This document shows, in pieces, positions 63,452-64,000 of a DNA stretch of 64,000 bases. Position 1 is the first letter of the stretch. Every line of letters begins with the position of its first letter. The position numbers and the translations under genes are program-made. This DNA is from an uncultured Chloroflexia bacterium (lineage in GTDB: Bacteria > Chloroflexota > Anaerolineae > CG2-30-64-16), in the NCBI GenBank assembly GCA_963810095.1, contig CAWEMM010000007.1, positions 576,001 through 640,000 of the forward strand, read 5' to 3'. Below the pieces are notes generated by a model, which saw only the letters and a list, made by a program, of their open reading frames with translations, was not told the origin of the DNA and ran no database searches.

Positions 63452-63609
63452 CCCCTATCTCCCTCTCCAAGCCCAACCTACTTCATTGACTACAAGAGCG
63501 CCAGCCATGTTATCACGGCCGGTCGGATGCGCAAGCAATCATGGTCACCGTTTCACGTTTGAGATTAAGCCTTCACCGCACGCTGCCGGACAACGAGGGA
63601 CCAAATAGC

Positions 63610-63642
63610 ACACTGATCGAACGGACCGGACTGACGATCACG
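63610..63642. repeat. Single arm of the 9-nt periodic repeat seen at 20213-20311
   Basis: 29/33 identical to the reverse complement of 20271-20303. Confidence 0.65.
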
Positions 63643-63649
63643 ATCTTTA

Positions 63650-63859
63650 TCAAAGGAGAGTGGGGACCTGGATCGCTGTACCCTGTGCTCGCCTGGTCGC
63701 AGGAAACAGACCCGCGTTATCTGCGCCACCCCCGCCTGCACCCCGCTCCATCCAAGCGACCAATCGCCCAGCTGGCATCGACCGGCCGGCGCGGGCAAGG
63801 GTGATGGCCGCAGCCAGTCCATTTGGGCCCGCGCCGACGATCACCGCGTCGTAGCTCAC
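63650..63859 (-). pseudogene. N-terminal remnant of a phytoene-dehydrogenase-like FAD oxidoreductase
   Basis: VSYDAVIVGAGPNGLAAAITLARAGRS, then similarity is lost and a stop follows within ~70 codons; GTG start overlaps the upstream stop. Confidence 0.6.
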
Positions 63860-64000
63860 TTCCGCAACACCTGCCTGGCCAACTGTCCGGGCAGATGCAG
63901 CATCGTGCGGATGGCGGCGTTGTGCCAGATGTTCCGTGCCTGCCCCCACTGCATCTTCGGGTCCACCAGCTCCCTGCGCTGAGTAACCACCGGCTCGTGA
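63856..64000 (-). CDS. C-terminal end of an unidentified gene, truncated by the window edge
   Basis: Open frame HEPVVTQRRELVDPKMQWGQARNIWHNAAIRTMLHLPGQLARQVLRK*, ending in a GTGA overlap. Confidence 0.5.
   Translation of the reverse strand, partial: HEPVVTQRRELVDPKMQWGQARNIWHNAAIRTMLHLPGQLARQVLRK

Overview
High-GC bacterial DNA, probably Chloroflexota (Anaerolineae/Caldilineae-like, inferred from Pro/Thr-rich lipoproteins and a V/K/E-repeat linker). About 14 genes carry single-base frameshifts that look like long-read errors. I recognised no rRNA, tRNA, CRISPR array or transposase. The centre is a ~33 kb run of minus-strand genes (45594 down to 12602): two cytoplasmic arylsulfatases, SulP, two MFS, AbgT + PepT + an M20 dipeptidase, two TRIC channels, KtrAB, a CmpX-like protein, DUF1269, a DUF1269-DUF1254-DUF1214 fusion, two SHOCT proteins, GAP, a META/SH3 lipoprotein and two small paralogous ACT-like proteins. 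It is bracketed by two MalT-like STAND/LuxR regulators, with an anaerobic sulfatase maturase beyond the second. Four intergenic regions in this run share one promoter architecture: a TACRYC-like repeat, CC-N5/6-GGGY, exactly 24 nt, then a -10 box. This suggests an uncharacterised MalT-like regulon and is the best candidate for a new system. Left flank: SulP, a membrane-anchored CHAT protease + SH3 protein pair, and an orphan PAS-GAF kinase. Right flank: a GntR-controlled purine/nucleoside deaminase + BMP-type ABC locus, a second DUF1254/1214 gene, a RibD-like protein, dienelactone hydrolase, DinB and an FAD-oxidoreductase remnant. Several families of intergenic palindromes are scattered throughout.
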